Positions 28,270 to 38,816 of a stretch of DNA of 58,710 nucleotides are shown piece after piece. This stretch comes from an uncultured Phycisphaeraceae bacterium (GTDB taxonomy: Bacteria > Planctomycetota > Phycisphaerae > Phycisphaerales > Phycisphaeraceae), in NCBI GenBank assembly GCA_964622625.1, contig CAZUUQ010000004.1, positions 7,517 to 66,226 of the forward strand. The letters are read 5' to 3'. The position numbers and the translations under genes were made by a program. Every line of letters starts with the position of its first letter. Within the stretch, counting starts at the first letter, position 1. The notes below the pieces were generated by a model, which ran no database searches, was not told the origin of the DNA, and saw nothing but the letters and a program-made list of their open reading frames with translations.

Positions 28270-29671
28270 GCGGCGGGTGGGCCTGGGGCATCACGGCCTT
28301 GACTTCCGCCATGGCCACCATGGGCAGGAAGCGGCAGAACAGCAGAAACAGTGTGAAGAACAGACCGAAGCTGCCGGCCAGCATGCCCAGGTCGACCCAT
28401 GTGGGCTTGAACATCCCCCAACTGCTGGGCAGGAAGTCGCGGTGCAGTGAGGTCACGATGATGACGAACCGCTCGAACCACATGCCCACGTTGATGCAAA
28501 GGGCGCAGAACATGACCACCGCCAGATTGGTGCGCATCTTCTTGAACCAAAGAAGCTGCGGCACGACCACGTTGCAGGCGACCATGACCCCGAAGGCCCA
28601 TGCATAGGGCCCCAGCGGACGGTTCATGAAGACGAACTGCTCATAGTGGTGGGCGCTGTACCAGGCGATGAAGAACTCGGCCGTGTAGGCGTAGGCGACG
28701 ATCAGCCCGGTGCCGAGCATGATCTTGCACATGTTGTCGATGTGTCGCAGGGTGATGAAGTCCTTGAGTCCGAACCACTGGCGGGCGGGGATCGCCAGGG
28801 TGAGCACCATGGCGAACCCGCCGAAGACGGCTCCGGCCACGAAGTAGGGCGGGAAGATTGTCGTATGCCAGCCCGGAAGCTGCGAGACGGCGAAGTCGAA
28901 CGACACGATGCTGTGCACGCTGAGCACCAGCGGCGTGGCCAGGGCGGCCAGCAGCAGGTAGGCCCGTTCGAAGCGGATCCAGTGACGGCTTGAGCCGGTC
29001 CAGCCGAGGGCGAAAATGCCGTAGGCGATCTGGGCTGCCCGGCCGCGGGCCCGGTCGCGCAGCGTCGCCAGGTCGGGGATCATGCCCACATACCAGAACA
29101 GGGCAGAGACCGTCGCGTAGGTGGAGACGGCAAAGACGTCCCAGAGCAGGGGGCTGCGCATCTGTGGCCACATGGCCATCTGGTTGGGGATGGGAAACAG
29201 CCAGTACGCCAGCCAGACGCGGCCGATGTGAATGGCCGGGAACAACCCGGCACACGTCACGGCGAAGATGGTCATCGCCTCGGCGAAGCGGTTGATGCTG
29301 GTGCGCCAGTTCTGGCGGAAGAGGAAGAGGATGGCTGAGATCAATGTGCCGGCGTGGCCGATGCCGACCCAGAAGACGAAGTTGGCAATATCGAAGGCCC
29401 AGGCCACCGGCTGGTTGTTGCCCCACACGCCGACGCCGGTGGTCAGCAGGTAGATGACGGTCACACCCAGGAGGCTCAGCAGGGCCAGCGAGCAGGCGAA
29501 GGCGACGTACCAGGCCCGCGGTGTCTGGCGCATGGCCAGACTGGTGACGGTGTCGGTGACGCTGGTGAAGTCGTGCTTGCCCAGGACCAGCGGGGCGCGT
29601 GACCGCGGGTCCTCGCTGGTGTTGTCCCTCGAGTGGGCGGCGGCCGGACTGGGGGCGTGCAGTGTGGTCAT
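28253..29671 (-). CDS. actC: Alternative Complex III subunit ActC (NrfD/PsrC-like quinol-interacting membrane subunit)
   Basis: It is a 472 aa polytopic NrfD-like protein. Its start overlaps the actB stop codon (ATGA at 29668-29671). Confidence 0.85.
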   Translation of the reverse strand: MTTLHAPSPAAAHSRDNTSEDPRSRAPLVLGKHDFTSVTDTVTSLAMRQTPRAWYVAFACSLALLSLLGVTVIYLLTTGVGVWGNNQPVAWAFDIANFVFWVGIGHAGTLISAILFLFRQNWRTSINRFAEAMTIFAVTCAGLFPAIHIGRVWLAYWLFPIPNQMAMWPQMRSPLLWDVFAVSTYATVSALFWYVGMIPDLATLRDRARGRAAQIAYGIFALGWTGSSRHWIRFERAYLLLAALATPLVLSVHSIVSFDFAVSQLPGWHTTIFPPYFVAGAVFGGFAMVLTLAIPARQWFGLKDFITLRHIDNMCKIMLGTGLIVAYAYTAEFFIAWYSAHHYEQFVFMNRPLGPYAWAFGVMVACNVVVPQLLWFKKMRTNLAVVMFCALCINVGMWFERFVIIVTSLHRDFLPSSWGMFKPTWVDLGMLAGSFGLFFTLFLLFCRFLPMVAMAEVKAVMPQAHPPHEHTH

Positions 29672-32600
29672 GATGCGTGCGTGGCGGCTTCGCCTTGAGT
29701 CGAAGTGGCAGCGGGGTTGCGCAACTTGGCCAGGTGCTTGGAGCGCGGGCGGGTGTTCAGTTCGTCGAGCACGGCATAGGCCCGCGGGCCGGCCGCGAGG
29801 CGCGAGACGCGGCTGTCGGGATCATTGAGGTCGCCGAAGACGATAGCCTGCGTGGGGCAGGCTTCCTGGCAGGCGCTGGTCACTTCGCCGTCGCGGACAA
29901 GGGCCGTATCGCGGCGGCCGTGGGCATGTTCGACGCGGGCGTGGATCTTCGCGGCGCTGATGCGCTGCGTGCAGTAGGTGCACTTCTCCATCACGCCGCG
30001 CATGCGCACCGTGACTTCCGGGTTGAACTGCAATTGCCGCAGGGGATCGATCTGCCGGGCCTGCTGCTGGTCGGGGATGCCCAGCCACGGCAGCGGCTTG
30101 CCGCGCGGATCCTGGCTGTGGAAGTCGAAGTAATTGAAACGACGGACCTTGTAGGGGCAGTTGTTGGAGCAGTACCGCGTGCCGACGCATCGGTTGTAGA
30201 CCATCGTGTTGAGACCTTCGGCGTCGTGCACGGTTGCGGCGACGGGGCAGACCTGCTCGCACGGGGCGTTTTCACAGTGAACACACATCATGGGCTGGTA
30301 GACGACCTGGGCGCTTTCGAGCGCCTGGTCGAAACGTTGCGCGCTTGCCTGAGCGGCGACCTCGGCCTTGAAGTAACGGTCGATGCGCAGCCAGTGCATC
30401 TCGCGGCCGCGGATCACCTGCTCTTTGCCGACGATGGGCACGTTGTTCTCGGCCTGGCAGGCCATGACGCATGCATTGCACCCGATGCAACTGTTCATGT
30501 CGATAGCCATGCCCCAGGCATGCGGCTCATTGAAGCTGCTGGGCGGCTCGAACAATTGCAGGTGTACGTTGCCGTGTTCGTCGCGGCGGAACAGTTGCGG
30601 GTCGTCCCTGTAGTCGGCGAAGGGAGCCTCGTGAATGGTGTACCCGCCGGCGCCGGGCTGGCCGACACGTTTCTCGCGGCCCCACATGCCCACGTCGTCG
30701 AGCAGATGATGCTCCTGTGTGCACGCCAGCTTGTACCGGCCGCCGGTCGCGCTGACCGTCACCCTCGCGCCGGGGACCGTGGTCATGGCCGCGGTGGTGC
30801 GCAGCGCGTAGGTGTTGAAGCCCACGCCGCGGCCGACGCGGCCGGTGACCTCGCGGCCGTAACCCAGCGGCAGCACGAGCGTGCCCCGGGCGACGCCCGG
30901 CTGCACATATGCGGCGATTTCAAGCCGGCGCCCTGCACCATCGGGGCCGGTGACGGTGATCGCGAGCATGTGGCCGGTGTCCACGCCCAGGCGGTCGGCG
31001 TCGGCCTTGCTCAGCAGAGCGGCGTTGTCCCAGGTCAGCTTTGTCAGCGGGTCGGGCATTTCCTGCAGCCAGCCGTTGTTGGCGAAGCGCCCGTCGTACA
31101 GGGAGTAGTCGGGGACGAACAGCAGTTCGACGGCGTCATCCGCGTCCTGGCCGGTCAGTGGGCCGGTGGGCGCGGCCGCGACACGCAGCGAAGTCAGGTG
31201 CGGCGATGCGCTGTCGGCGATGAAGCCGGCTTCGAGCACGCCGCGCCACGCCGACTCAAAACCGTCTTCGCCCAGCAGCGACGCGAACGTCTGACGCACC
31301 AGCGCGTCGCCGGCGGCGGGGCGACCGTCGAGCAGCAGGCTCAGCAGTTCGATGCTGGAGCGACCTTCGAAAAGCGGCAGAATTAACGGCTGGCCGACAG
31401 TGACTGTCCCGTCCCACGCCCGCCCGTCATTCCAGGCTTCGAGGTAATTCGCTTCGGGCAGCAGCCAGTCGGCGTGCTGGGAGGTTTCATTGGCTCCGAT
31501 GGTCAGATGCGCGACGACTCCATCGGCGGCGCGGACGCGGTCCATCGCGGCCGCGAAGTCCAGGTCGGCCGGCGCATCATAAGCTGGGTTGCCCCCGAGG
31601 ATCAGCAGCATCCGCACCTCGCCGCGGTGCATGGCCGCCGACAAGTCGCGCAGGCTGTCGGTCATGAGCGGGGCGTCGGCGTCCGGCTCATCGATGAACT
31701 GGAGCGTCGAACCGATGCAGCCGAGCTTCTGGTTGATCGCCCAGCCCAGGGCTTGCGCGGCGGCGGGTTGGTCGAAGCCGACGGTGAGCAGGGCACGGCG
31801 ACCATGCTGCTTCAGGTCGCCCGCAAGCATGTCGAGCTTGGCGCGGGCGTCGGCGTCGAGCGGCGTGACGCTGTCGGTCGGACCGGCGTGGACGCCCAGT
31901 TGTTCGGCAACATATGCCAGGGCCGAGCCGATCAGCGACGGCCGCAGGGGCAGGCGGTGATCCGCGGCCGCGCCGGTGATGCTGAGGGCGGACTCAACGG
32001 CGTACAAGCGGTTCATGCGGCCGTCGTCGGCGGCGCGGCGGCCGGCGGCCCAGTCGCGGGCGTGCAGGAGCTGGCCGGGGTGCAGGCCCAGCGGATCGTC
32101 GCCGAAGCAGGCGATGACATCGGCCTGGTCGAAGCGGTAGATCGGCCGCGTCCGGCGGCCCAGGGCGGTCCGTGCCGCCTGCGTGGTCTGGTCGCGATGC
32201 AACGGCTCCCAGGAGGCGACCCGGGCCTGCGGACAGCGGGCGGCTAGCTGTGCTTTGAGTCGCTGGAAGGTCGGGCCGTCGTCGGCCGTCGTGAGAATCG
32301 CCAAGCCCCGGCCGCCTTGCGGGGTGATGGCGGCGAAATGCTCGGCCGCGAAGCGATCGAAGGCCGCCCAGTCGGCGCGGATCAGTCGTTTGCCTTCGCG
32401 ACGCATCACGGAGCGCAGGCGATCGGGATCATAGAGACTGAGGATGCTGGCCTGGGCGAAGGCGTCGGTGGCGCCGCGGTTGATCGGGTGCAGGTCATTG
32501 CCCTCGATCTTTATGGGCCGGCCGTCGTAGCTGCGGGCCAGCAGACCCGCGGCCGCGCCGCCGAGGGACATCATCGTGGCGTAGTGCAGCGGCACGCCGG

Positions 32601-32874
32601 GCGTCGCGCCTTCCGGTTGTGCGGCATGGGGGCGGATCTGTTCTTTGGGCCAGCGGCGGCAGCCGGTGAACGTCAGACCCGCCAGGGCCATCGACGCGCT
32701 CATGATCTTCATGAAGCCGCGCCGCGACATGCCTGTGATTTCCCCGGGGTCATAGTCGGCGAACTCGGCGGCCGTCAGGGCCTCGAGCTCGGCGCGGACC
32801 TCGGCCGATTCCGCCAGCTCGCGCAGGCTTCGCCAGTACTGTCGGCCTTCGAGATGTTCGCTTATCGGTGGCAC
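29668..32874 (-). CDS. actB: Alternative Complex III subunit ActB (molybdopterin-oxidoreductase-like plus 4Fe-4S ferredoxin fusion)
   Basis: A Tat signal [17 protein letters not shown] is present. The C-terminal half carries the Cys clusters [25 protein letters not shown] and [12 protein letters not shown]. It is 1068 aa long. Confidence 0.85.
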   Translation of the reverse strand: MPPISEHLEGRQYWRSLRELAESAEVRAELEALTAAEFADYDPGEITGMSRRGFMKIMSASMALAGLTFTGCRRWPKEQIRPHAAQPEGATPGVPLHYATMMSLGGAAAGLLARSYDGRPIKIEGNDLHPINRGATDAFAQASILSLYDPDRLRSVMRREGKRLIRADWAAFDRFAAEHFAAITPQGGRGLAILTTADDGPTFQRLKAQLAARCPQARVASWEPLHRDQTTQAARTALGRRTRPIYRFDQADVIACFGDDPLGLHPGQLLHARDWAAGRRAADDGRMNRLYAVESALSITGAAADHRLPLRPSLIGSALAYVAEQLGVHAGPTDSVTPLDADARAKLDMLAGDLKQHGRRALLTVGFDQPAAAQALGWAINQKLGCIGSTLQFIDEPDADAPLMTDSLRDLSAAMHRGEVRMLLILGGNPAYDAPADLDFAAAMDRVRAADGVVAHLTIGANETSQHADWLLPEANYLEAWNDGRAWDGTVTVGQPLILPLFEGRSSIELLSLLLDGRPAAGDALVRQTFASLLGEDGFESAWRGVLEAGFIADSASPHLTSLRVAAAPTGPLTGQDADDAVELLFVPDYSLYDGRFANNGWLQEMPDPLTKLTWDNAALLSKADADRLGVDTGHMLAITVTGPDGAGRRLEIAAYVQPGVARGTLVLPLGYGREVTGRVGRGVGFNTYALRTTAAMTTVPGARVTVSATGGRYKLACTQEHHLLDDVGMWGREKRVGQPGAGGYTIHEAPFADYRDDPQLFRRDEHGNVHLQLFEPPSSFNEPHAWGMAIDMNSCIGCNACVMACQAENNVPIVGKEQVIRGREMHWLRIDRYFKAEVAAQASAQRFDQALESAQVVYQPMMCVHCENAPCEQVCPVAATVHDAEGLNTMVYNRCVGTRYCSNNCPYKVRRFNYFDFHSQDPRGKPLPWLGIPDQQQARQIDPLRQLQFNPEVTVRMRGVMEKCTYCTQRISAAKIHARVEHAHGRRDTALVRDGEVTSACQEACPTQAIVFGDLNDPDSRVSRLAAGPRAYAVLDELNTRPRSKHLAKLRNPAATSTQGEAATHAS

Positions 32875-33623
32875 GTGGAGCAGCTCGTCATGTAGGCCTG
32901 GTCATGGATGCCGTAGCGGGTCTTGAGCTCCGCGCCCAGTTCCTCCTGGGGGCGGCCGGTGTCCGCCAGGGCGCTGAAGGTCATGTTGGTCACCTGGTCG
33001 CGCGGGCGCAGATGCTTTTCCGGAGCGCGGTGGCAGTCAAGGCACCAGGCCATGCTCAGTGGTTCGGCCTGCTGGACAACCTCCATTTTGTCCACGCGGC
33101 CATGGCAGGTGGCACAGCCGATGCCCTGGCTCACGTGGGCGGCATGGTTGAAGTAGACGTAGTCGGGCAGGTCGTGGACCTTGACCCAGTCGATGGGCTT
33201 GCCGGTGGCATGGCTTTCGCGCACGGCCGCGAGGGTCGAGACGTCGGCGGAGATCGCCGCGTGGCAGTTCATGCACGTCTGCGTGGAAGGAATGGCGGCG
33301 AAGGCGGCGTTCTCGACGGTGCTGTGGCAGTAGCGGCAGTCCATGCCCAGTTCACCGACGTGCAGGGCATGACTGAAGGGCACGGGCTGCTGCGGCGCAT
33401 AGCCCACGGCGAGCGTCTGCGGCGACGCGCCCATGCCGATGAGCACGGGCAGATAGGTTGCCGCGCCCACGACAAGAATCAACGCGGCCGGGAACAGATA
33501 GTTGGCCGCAGGCGGGAAGACGAACTGGCTCTTGCTGGCGGAAATCGTCAAACCTACCGATTTGTATTGTGCTGGCTGGCGAGCGTCTCGCGGCGCGACC
33601 GTGTGCGTGCCGTGATCGACCAC
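32862..33623 (-). CDS. actA: Alternative Complex III subunit ActA (pentaheme cytochrome c)
   Basis: Five CxxCH motifs are present (CRYCH, CMNCH, CATCH, CLDCH, CSTCH) along with an N-terminal TM helix. The GTG start at 33623 is uncertain. Confidence 0.8.
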   Translation of the reverse strand: MVDHGTHTVAPRDARQPAQYKSVGLTISASKSQFVFPPAANYLFPAALILVVGAATYLPVLIGMGASPQTLAVGYAPQQPVPFSHALHVGELGMDCRYCHSTVENAAFAAIPSTQTCMNCHAAISADVSTLAAVRESHATGKPIDWVKVHDLPDYVYFNHAAHVSQGIGCATCHGRVDKMEVVQQAEPLSMAWCLDCHRAPEKHLRPRDQVTNMTFSALADTGRPQEELGAELKTRYGIHDQAYMTSCSTCHR

Positions 33624-33804
33624 GTGCCGTTGTCTGCATCGTTCCGCGTGTCGCCCCGTCGCGGGCTGGACATTATGGAGTTTTGCTCGCGGAAAGCAAA
33701 CGTGCGCGCATGCCGAAACGCCCGCATTGCGGATGGATCAAAAGACTGTACCCCGCATACCAGCGCGCACAATCAACTTCGCGAGAGCGATACCGCGTGG
33801 CGGC

Positions 33805-34317
33805 TTAACGCGGATGGCGGAACACTGAAGAATCGTCTTCAGCACCCACAGGTGTCGTCATCGCCGCGCCTGTCGGCCAAAGCGTCAGATAGAGCACGAA
33901 GGCGAACAGGCCGGGGATCAGGTCCGGCAGCAGAGTTCCGCTGACGAAGCATCCGACCAGGCTGATCAGACCGGCCGATTCGATCGACGCCCAGACGATC
34001 GTCATGCCAGCCAGATAGCGGCCAGGCTCGACGGTGCGACCCTGCCAGTAGTCCCTGAAAAGCCTCTCCCGAACGAAAAAAGCGAGCGGAATCGACAAAC
34101 CCGTCCACAGAATTGTGAAGATGAACCACTTGTGCGCCAGATCCGGCTGGGGCGTGATCGTGATGAAGATGGGCAGCGCGACAGCCGCCAGAAACACCAG
34201 GAAGGGAATCACAAGCATGGCCGCCCACAGTCGCCAGGCGATGCGCAGTGCGCCGCGGGGCGTCAATGGGGCGATGGTCGCAACGGAAGCCGGTGTGCTG
34301 GACATGAGAGGCTCCAT
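33805..34317 (-). CDS. Hypothetical four-TM membrane protein
   Basis: Four clear hydrophobic helices are visible. An alternative start ATG at 34305 has the better SD (GGAG). The competing ORF 33839..34672 translates as Arg-rich, non-protein-like sequence. Confidence 0.5.
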   Translation of the reverse strand: MEPLMSSTPASVATIAPLTPRGALRIAWRLWAAMLVIPFLVFLAAVALPIFITITPQPDLAHKWFIFTILWTGLSIPLAFFVRERLFRDYWQGRTVEPGRYLAGMTIVWASIESAGLISLVGCFVSGTLLPDLIPGLFAFVLYLTLWPTGAAMTTPVGAEDDSSVFRHPR

Positions 34318-34767
34318 GGTGCGGTCTGGTCAGGCTTTTGAACAAAAGACCGTGCCAGACCTGGTTCTTGACACAGATGCCGCACCCACGGGGCGAATGC
34401 CCCTGGCCTGGTGGGTAGCGAGCAGCCTGAACGTGAACAGCACAAGAAGGCCGTGACTGCCGCGTATCGCCGCCCACAAGGCGTGGGTGTTTCCGATAAG
34501 TAGTCTGCAATGTGAAGGGGTGGGGGTCAAGTCTTTTTATTCTGCCGGCCGCATGTCGGCCCACCCGGTGGGAGTGTGTCAGGCGGCGATGAGGTGGAAG
34601 GCAGGAATCTGATAACACATATCTGCGAATCTTGGCGGCGACGGCCCATCGCCTGATGCCGAGGCGCGCCACCGCAGAGAAGTGGTAAACGCCTGCGCCC
34701 TTTGAACCGATGTCAGTGACATCCGCCGCCCGTGGCGGCAGGCAAGGCGCATCACAGGATTCAGACC

Positions 34768-35148
34768 ATGCCCACGGTTCTGCTGGTAGACGACGAAATC
34801 CACCTGACGACGATGGTCGCGTCCCGCCTTCAGCGGGCGGGGGCGACGGTGCTGACGGCCGATAACGGCCGCGAGGCGCTCGACCTCGTGCGGCAGCAGT
34901 CGGTGGACCTGATCATCACCGACTACCAGATGCCCGAGATGGACGGCTTCGCGCTCTGCCAGGCGCTGCACGACGATCCCGGGACGACTCACATTCCCGT
35001 CATCATGCTCACCGGCCGGGGCCACAAGCTGCGGCCTGAGGAAGTGGCCCGCACGAGCATCCGCCAACTGATGGAAAAACCTTTCGCGATGCGCGAGCTG
35101 CTGGCGGCGGCAGGTGAAATTGTCGAACTCAATGCCCAGGCGGCGTGA
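34768..35148 (+). CDS. Single-domain response regulator (CheY-like REC)
   Basis: It has VLLVDDE, the phospho-acceptor context LIITDYQMPEMDG, then IMLTG and KPF. It is 126 aa long. Confidence 0.85.
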   Translation: MPTVLLVDDEIHLTTMVASRLQRAGATVLTADNGREALDLVRQQSVDLIITDYQMPEMDGFALCQALHDDPGTTHIPVIMLTGRGHKLRPEEVARTSIRQLMEKPFAMRELLAAAGEIVELNAQAA

Positions 35149-35194
35149 CGCGCCGCCGGCGTCCACAAAGGCACCCGATACAGAGGAATCGCCG

Positions 35195-36808
35195 ATGGCC
35201 CGCGCTGTGAACGATGAAGCGTTCAACGCCCTGGCGCAGCGTTGCAGCACGCTGGGCCTGCACCTCTGGCCGACGGATGAAACAGGCCGGCCCGTGGGCC
35301 AGCCCCAGGGACCGGCCGCGGAGCACCCCATCATCAGCCATCCCGTGTTGACGCGACGCCTTTCGGCCGCCATCGAACAGTTCTACGGGCACGACGGTGC
35401 CGCGGCGCAGCAGCCGGTGCCGCTGGATGAGCACGTCTGGCTGCTGGCGGCGCCCGATGGCCGCCCACGCGGCCGCGGCGTGGCGGCGTGGGCGCTGGCG
35501 ATGCCGGCTGACGCACTCGAAGGCGCGTTTTTGCGCGGCCTGTGCGCGGAGACAGGATCCGATGTGTCGGTGCTGGAGACGCTTCGGCCGCATCTGCCCG
35601 GCGGCCCGGTGAATGCCGGCCACCTGGCCGCCGCGCTGCGCTGGGCCGCGGCCGACCTGACACACCAGAGCCGCCAGCACATCGCCATCGAGCAGTTCGG
35701 TGACAAGCTCAGCCGTTCTTACGAGCAGATCACGCTGCTCTACCGCTTCGCCCGTCTGATGAACGCCACCAACGACGCTCGACAGGGCATGCAGATGCTC
35801 TGCGATCAGTTTCGAGCCGTCATGGAAATGGGCTGGGTCGTCATCGCCTTCGTGCCCGATCCGGCCATTCCCGACCTGGACGACGCGATATTCCTGGCCG
35901 GCGACCTGCCGTGCGAGCGGTCGCGATTCGAGCAGCTTGTCCGCGTGTATCTTCGCGGCTCGCACACCAATGACTGGACGCGCGTGCTCAACCCGGAGAA
36001 GGACGAACTGGCCGGGGTTGCCCGACGTGAGATCGCGGCCGAGCCGATCACGCATGACGGACGCGTTGTCGGCGTCATGCTGGCGGCCAATGCGCCTGGA
36101 CCGCAAAGCGACGTCGACAGCGAACTGACGCAATTCCTGGACGCCGCGGCCGACTACCTGGGCGTGTTTCACGAGAACCTGGCGAGGTTCGAGGAGCAGC
36201 GGGTGATGTTCTTGGGGACGCTCCAGGCACTGACAGCCGCGATCGACGCCAAGGACCGCTACACCTGCGGCCACACGGAGCGCGTGGCGATGCTGTCGGC
36301 CCAGTTGGCCGAGGCGCTGGGCATGTCGGCCCAGGAGGTCGAGCAGGTGCGCATCGCGGGTTTGGTGCACGATGTGGGCAAGATCGGCGTGCCCGAGGCG
36401 GTGCTGTGCAAGCCCGGCCGACTGAGCGACGAGGAGTTCGAGCAGATCAAGCGGCATCCGACCATCGGCTACAACATTCTCAAGGACATCCCGCCGCTGG
36501 AGCCGATGCTGCCGGGCGTGCTCTATCACCACGAACGCTGGGACGGGCGTGGGTATCCGGAAGGCCTTGCGGGTGAGGACATTCCCCTGCTGGGCCGCAT
36601 CATCGCCTGTGCCGACACCTTCGACGCAATGCGCTCGACGCGTTCTTATCGGTCCGCCCGCACGTCGACGGAAACACTGGTCGAGATGAACCGCTGCGCC
36701 GGCAGCCAGTTCGACCCGCGGTTGATCCCCGTCTTCGTGAAGCTGGACTTCACCACCTACGACCGCATGGTGGAGCGGCACGAACAACGGGTCAGCTTCG
36801 CGGCCTGA
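35195..36808 (+). CDS. HD-GYP domain protein (putative c-di-GMP phosphodiesterase) with an N-terminal unknown region and a GAF-like domain
   Basis: The motifs HTERVA..GLVHDVGKIGVPE and HHERWDGRGYPEGL (HD and GYP motifs both intact) are present. The ATG at 35195 is preceded by agaggaa. Confidence 0.85.
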   Translation: MARAVNDEAFNALAQRCSTLGLHLWPTDETGRPVGQPQGPAAEHPIISHPVLTRRLSAAIEQFYGHDGAAAQQPVPLDEHVWLLAAPDGRPRGRGVAAWALAMPADALEGAFLRGLCAETGSDVSVLETLRPHLPGGPVNAGHLAAALRWAAADLTHQSRQHIAIEQFGDKLSRSYEQITLLYRFARLMNATNDARQGMQMLCDQFRAVMEMGWVVIAFVPDPAIPDLDDAIFLAGDLPCERSRFEQLVRVYLRGSHTNDWTRVLNPEKDELAGVARREIAAEPITHDGRVVGVMLAANAPGPQSDVDSELTQFLDAAADYLGVFHENLARFEEQRVMFLGTLQALTAAIDAKDRYTCGHTERVAMLSAQLAEALGMSAQEVEQVRIAGLVHDVGKIGVPEAVLCKPGRLSDEEFEQIKRHPTIGYNILKDIPPLEPMLPGVLYHHERWDGRGYPEGLAGEDIPLLGRIIACADTFDAMRSTRSYRSARTSTETLVEMNRCAGSQFDPRLIPVFVKLDFTTYDRMVERHEQRVSFAA

Positions 36809-36934
36809 ACAACCGGATTGGTTTACCCAGCTTCAACTCCCGGCCGATCTGGCCGATAGCTCTTCCATGAAGGCGCCGGGGAAGCTACGCGCGCTGGCCG
36901 CGCCGGGGCGGTGGGCGATGGGAGGCTTGCGACA

Positions 36935-38437
36935 ATGACCAGGTCGTCGCTGATGCAGCTTGTTCACCCGGGCGCGACCCCCGCCGGCCGTATCGGACTC
37001 GCGCTGGCGGGCTGGCTGGTGGTGGGCCTCGCCGCCGCGGGCGCCGGCGCTGCCGGTGCCTGGTGGTGGATGGGCCTGGAAGTGGCCGCACCGTCTGACA
37101 GCGGGTCGATGCTGAGCCTGCTCCTGGTCGGCTTGGGTGCGATCGGACCGGCCCTGGCGGTGTGGGCGATCACCGGGCGCATTGTCGCCGGGCGCATGAC
37201 GGGCCTGAGCGTGCTGCTTGAAGCGCTGCGCTCGGTCCAGCAGGGGCGCGACGCGGCTGAAGACCTGAAACTCGATCCCTCCTACGGACCGGAAGCGGAG
37301 TTGTGGAACCGCCTGATCGACGAGCGCGAGGCCGCGCGGCGGGCGCAGGTGCAGCAGCAGACGCAGCAGGCGCATCAGGATCGGCGGCGAGGCGGTGGCG
37401 GCCGGCTCGACGAACTGTGCGACAGCCTGGCCACCGGCCTGGTGCTGCTGGACGATCAGGGAAATGTGACCTACTGCAACGGCGCGGCCGCGGTGCTGCT
37501 GGGCACGCGGCGTGACGATCTGCTGGGCACGCCGGTGTCACAGCGGATGGATGATCCGCGCCTGCTGGAAGGTCTGCAGGGAGCGCTGGACAAGACGCTG
37601 CGCCGCCGCACGACCGTCGAAGTCGATCGAGGCCAGCAGGAGCGCGGCGGCGTGCTGCGCTTCACGGTGCGACCGGCCCGGGAAAGCGACGCCGCACGAG
37701 CCGTGATGATCATCGAGGACATCACGCAGCAGCGCGTGGCCGAGCGCGCGCGGTATGCGTTTGTCGCCCACGCGACGCACGAGCTGCGCACGCCGCTGAC
37801 CAACATCCGCCTGTATGTCGAGAGCCTGGTCGATGAGCCGGACGCCGCCCCGGCCGAGCGCGGCCAGCGGCTGAACGTCATCAATCAGGAAGTACGCCGC
37901 CTGGAGAACCTGGTGGGCGACATGCTCTCGGTGGCGGAAATTGAATCGGGCGCGATGCGGGCCGACCGCGACGACGTGCCCATGGCCGCGCTCTTCGAGA
38001 GTCTGCAGAACGACTACCGCCAGCAGGCGGCCGACAAGAGCATCGCGATGCACTTCGATCTGCCCCCGAAACTGCCCACGCTTCAGGGCGATCGCGCCAA
38101 GCTGGTGCAGGCCCTGCACAACCTGGTGGGCAACGCGCTCAAGTACACGCCGGAAGGCGGCGAGGTGCGCGTCAAGGCCGAGTGGGACAACGGCCAGCTT
38201 GTCATCGATGTGGCCGACTCGGGCATCGGCATCGGCGAGCAGGACATGGCGAACCTGTTCCAGAAGTTCTATCGCGCCCGCGACGAGCGGGTGAGCAAGA
38301 TCATCGGGTCGGGACTGGGCCTGGCCCTGTCGCGCGAGATCATCCGCCTGCACGGCGGGGAGATCACGGTGCAGTCGCAGTTGAACAAGGGCAGCACATT
38401 CACGGTGAATCTGCCGGCCCCGGCGCAGGCGGCTTGA
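36935..38437 (+). CDS. Sensor histidine kinase (two TM helices, coiled coil, PAS, HisKA, HATPase_c)
   Basis: It has the H-box FVAHATHELRTPLTNI, the N-box LVGNALKYTP and the G-boxes DSGIGI and GSGLGLALSREI. A PAS-like stretch GLVLLDDQGNVTYCNGAAAVLLG is also present. Confidence 0.85.
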   Translation: MTRSSLMQLVHPGATPAGRIGLALAGWLVVGLAAAGAGAAGAWWWMGLEVAAPSDSGSMLSLLLVGLGAIGPALAVWAITGRIVAGRMTGLSVLLEALRSVQQGRDAAEDLKLDPSYGPEAELWNRLIDEREAARRAQVQQQTQQAHQDRRRGGGGRLDELCDSLATGLVLLDDQGNVTYCNGAAAVLLGTRRDDLLGTPVSQRMDDPRLLEGLQGALDKTLRRRTTVEVDRGQQERGGVLRFTVRPARESDAARAVMIIEDITQQRVAERARYAFVAHATHELRTPLTNIRLYVESLVDEPDAAPAERGQRLNVINQEVRRLENLVGDMLSVAEIESGAMRADRDDVPMAALFESLQNDYRQQAADKSIAMHFDLPPKLPTLQGDRAKLVQALHNLVGNALKYTPEGGEVRVKAEWDNGQLVIDVADSGIGIGEQDMANLFQKFYRARDERVSKIIGSGLGLALSREIIRLHGGEITVQSQLNKGSTFTVNLPAPAQAA

Positions 38438-38480
38438 GGCGGTTCGAACGACATGCGCCTGCATTGACACGGTTGAAGCC

Positions 38481-38816
38481 ATGCATATTCACGAGCAGCA
38501 GCAGGGAGCGGTGGCGGTCCTGAAGCCCGACGGGCCGATCAGCGGTGACGACGGCAAGGTGCTGCGCGAGCGCGCCAGCCGCGCGGCCGAGCAGAACATG
38601 GGACGCATTGTGTTGGACATGTCGGCCGTGCCTTTCGTGGACAGCGCGGGGCTGGAGGCGCTGTACGACGTCGGCCAGTCGCAGGGCGAATCGGGACGCG
38701 TGCTGTGCCTGGTGGCGGCCAACGCGACGCTGCGCGAGGTTTTCGAGCTGACGGGCATGGCGGCGCAGTACGAGTATTTCGAGGACGTGCAGGGCGCCAT
38801 CAGGAGCTTCCTGTGA
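38481..38816 (+). CDS. STAS-domain protein (anti-sigma-factor antagonist, SpoIIAA/RsbV-like)
   Basis: It is 111 aa long. The stretch VLDMSAVPFVDSAGLEAL holds the conserved DS(A/S)G phosphorylatable-Ser context. Confidence 0.8.
   Translation: MHIHEQQQGAVAVLKPDGPISGDDGKVLRERASRAAEQNMGRIVLDMSAVPFVDSAGLEALYDVGQSQGESGRVLCLVAANATLREVFELTGMAAQYEYFEDVQGAIRSFL

Noticed and set aside
34491-34499. A second TCCGATAAG box (sigma-28 -10-like) lies upstream of the response-regulator gene.
   Set aside because: No TAAA-like -35 element sits at the required 15-nt spacing. A single 8-mer match is not sufficient evidence.
33839-34672. A 277-aa minus-strand ORF overlaps the membrane-protein gene and the divergent intergenic region.
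   Set aside because: Its translation is Arg/His/Pro-rich and non-protein-like. The alternative frame (33805..34317) gives four clean TM helices.
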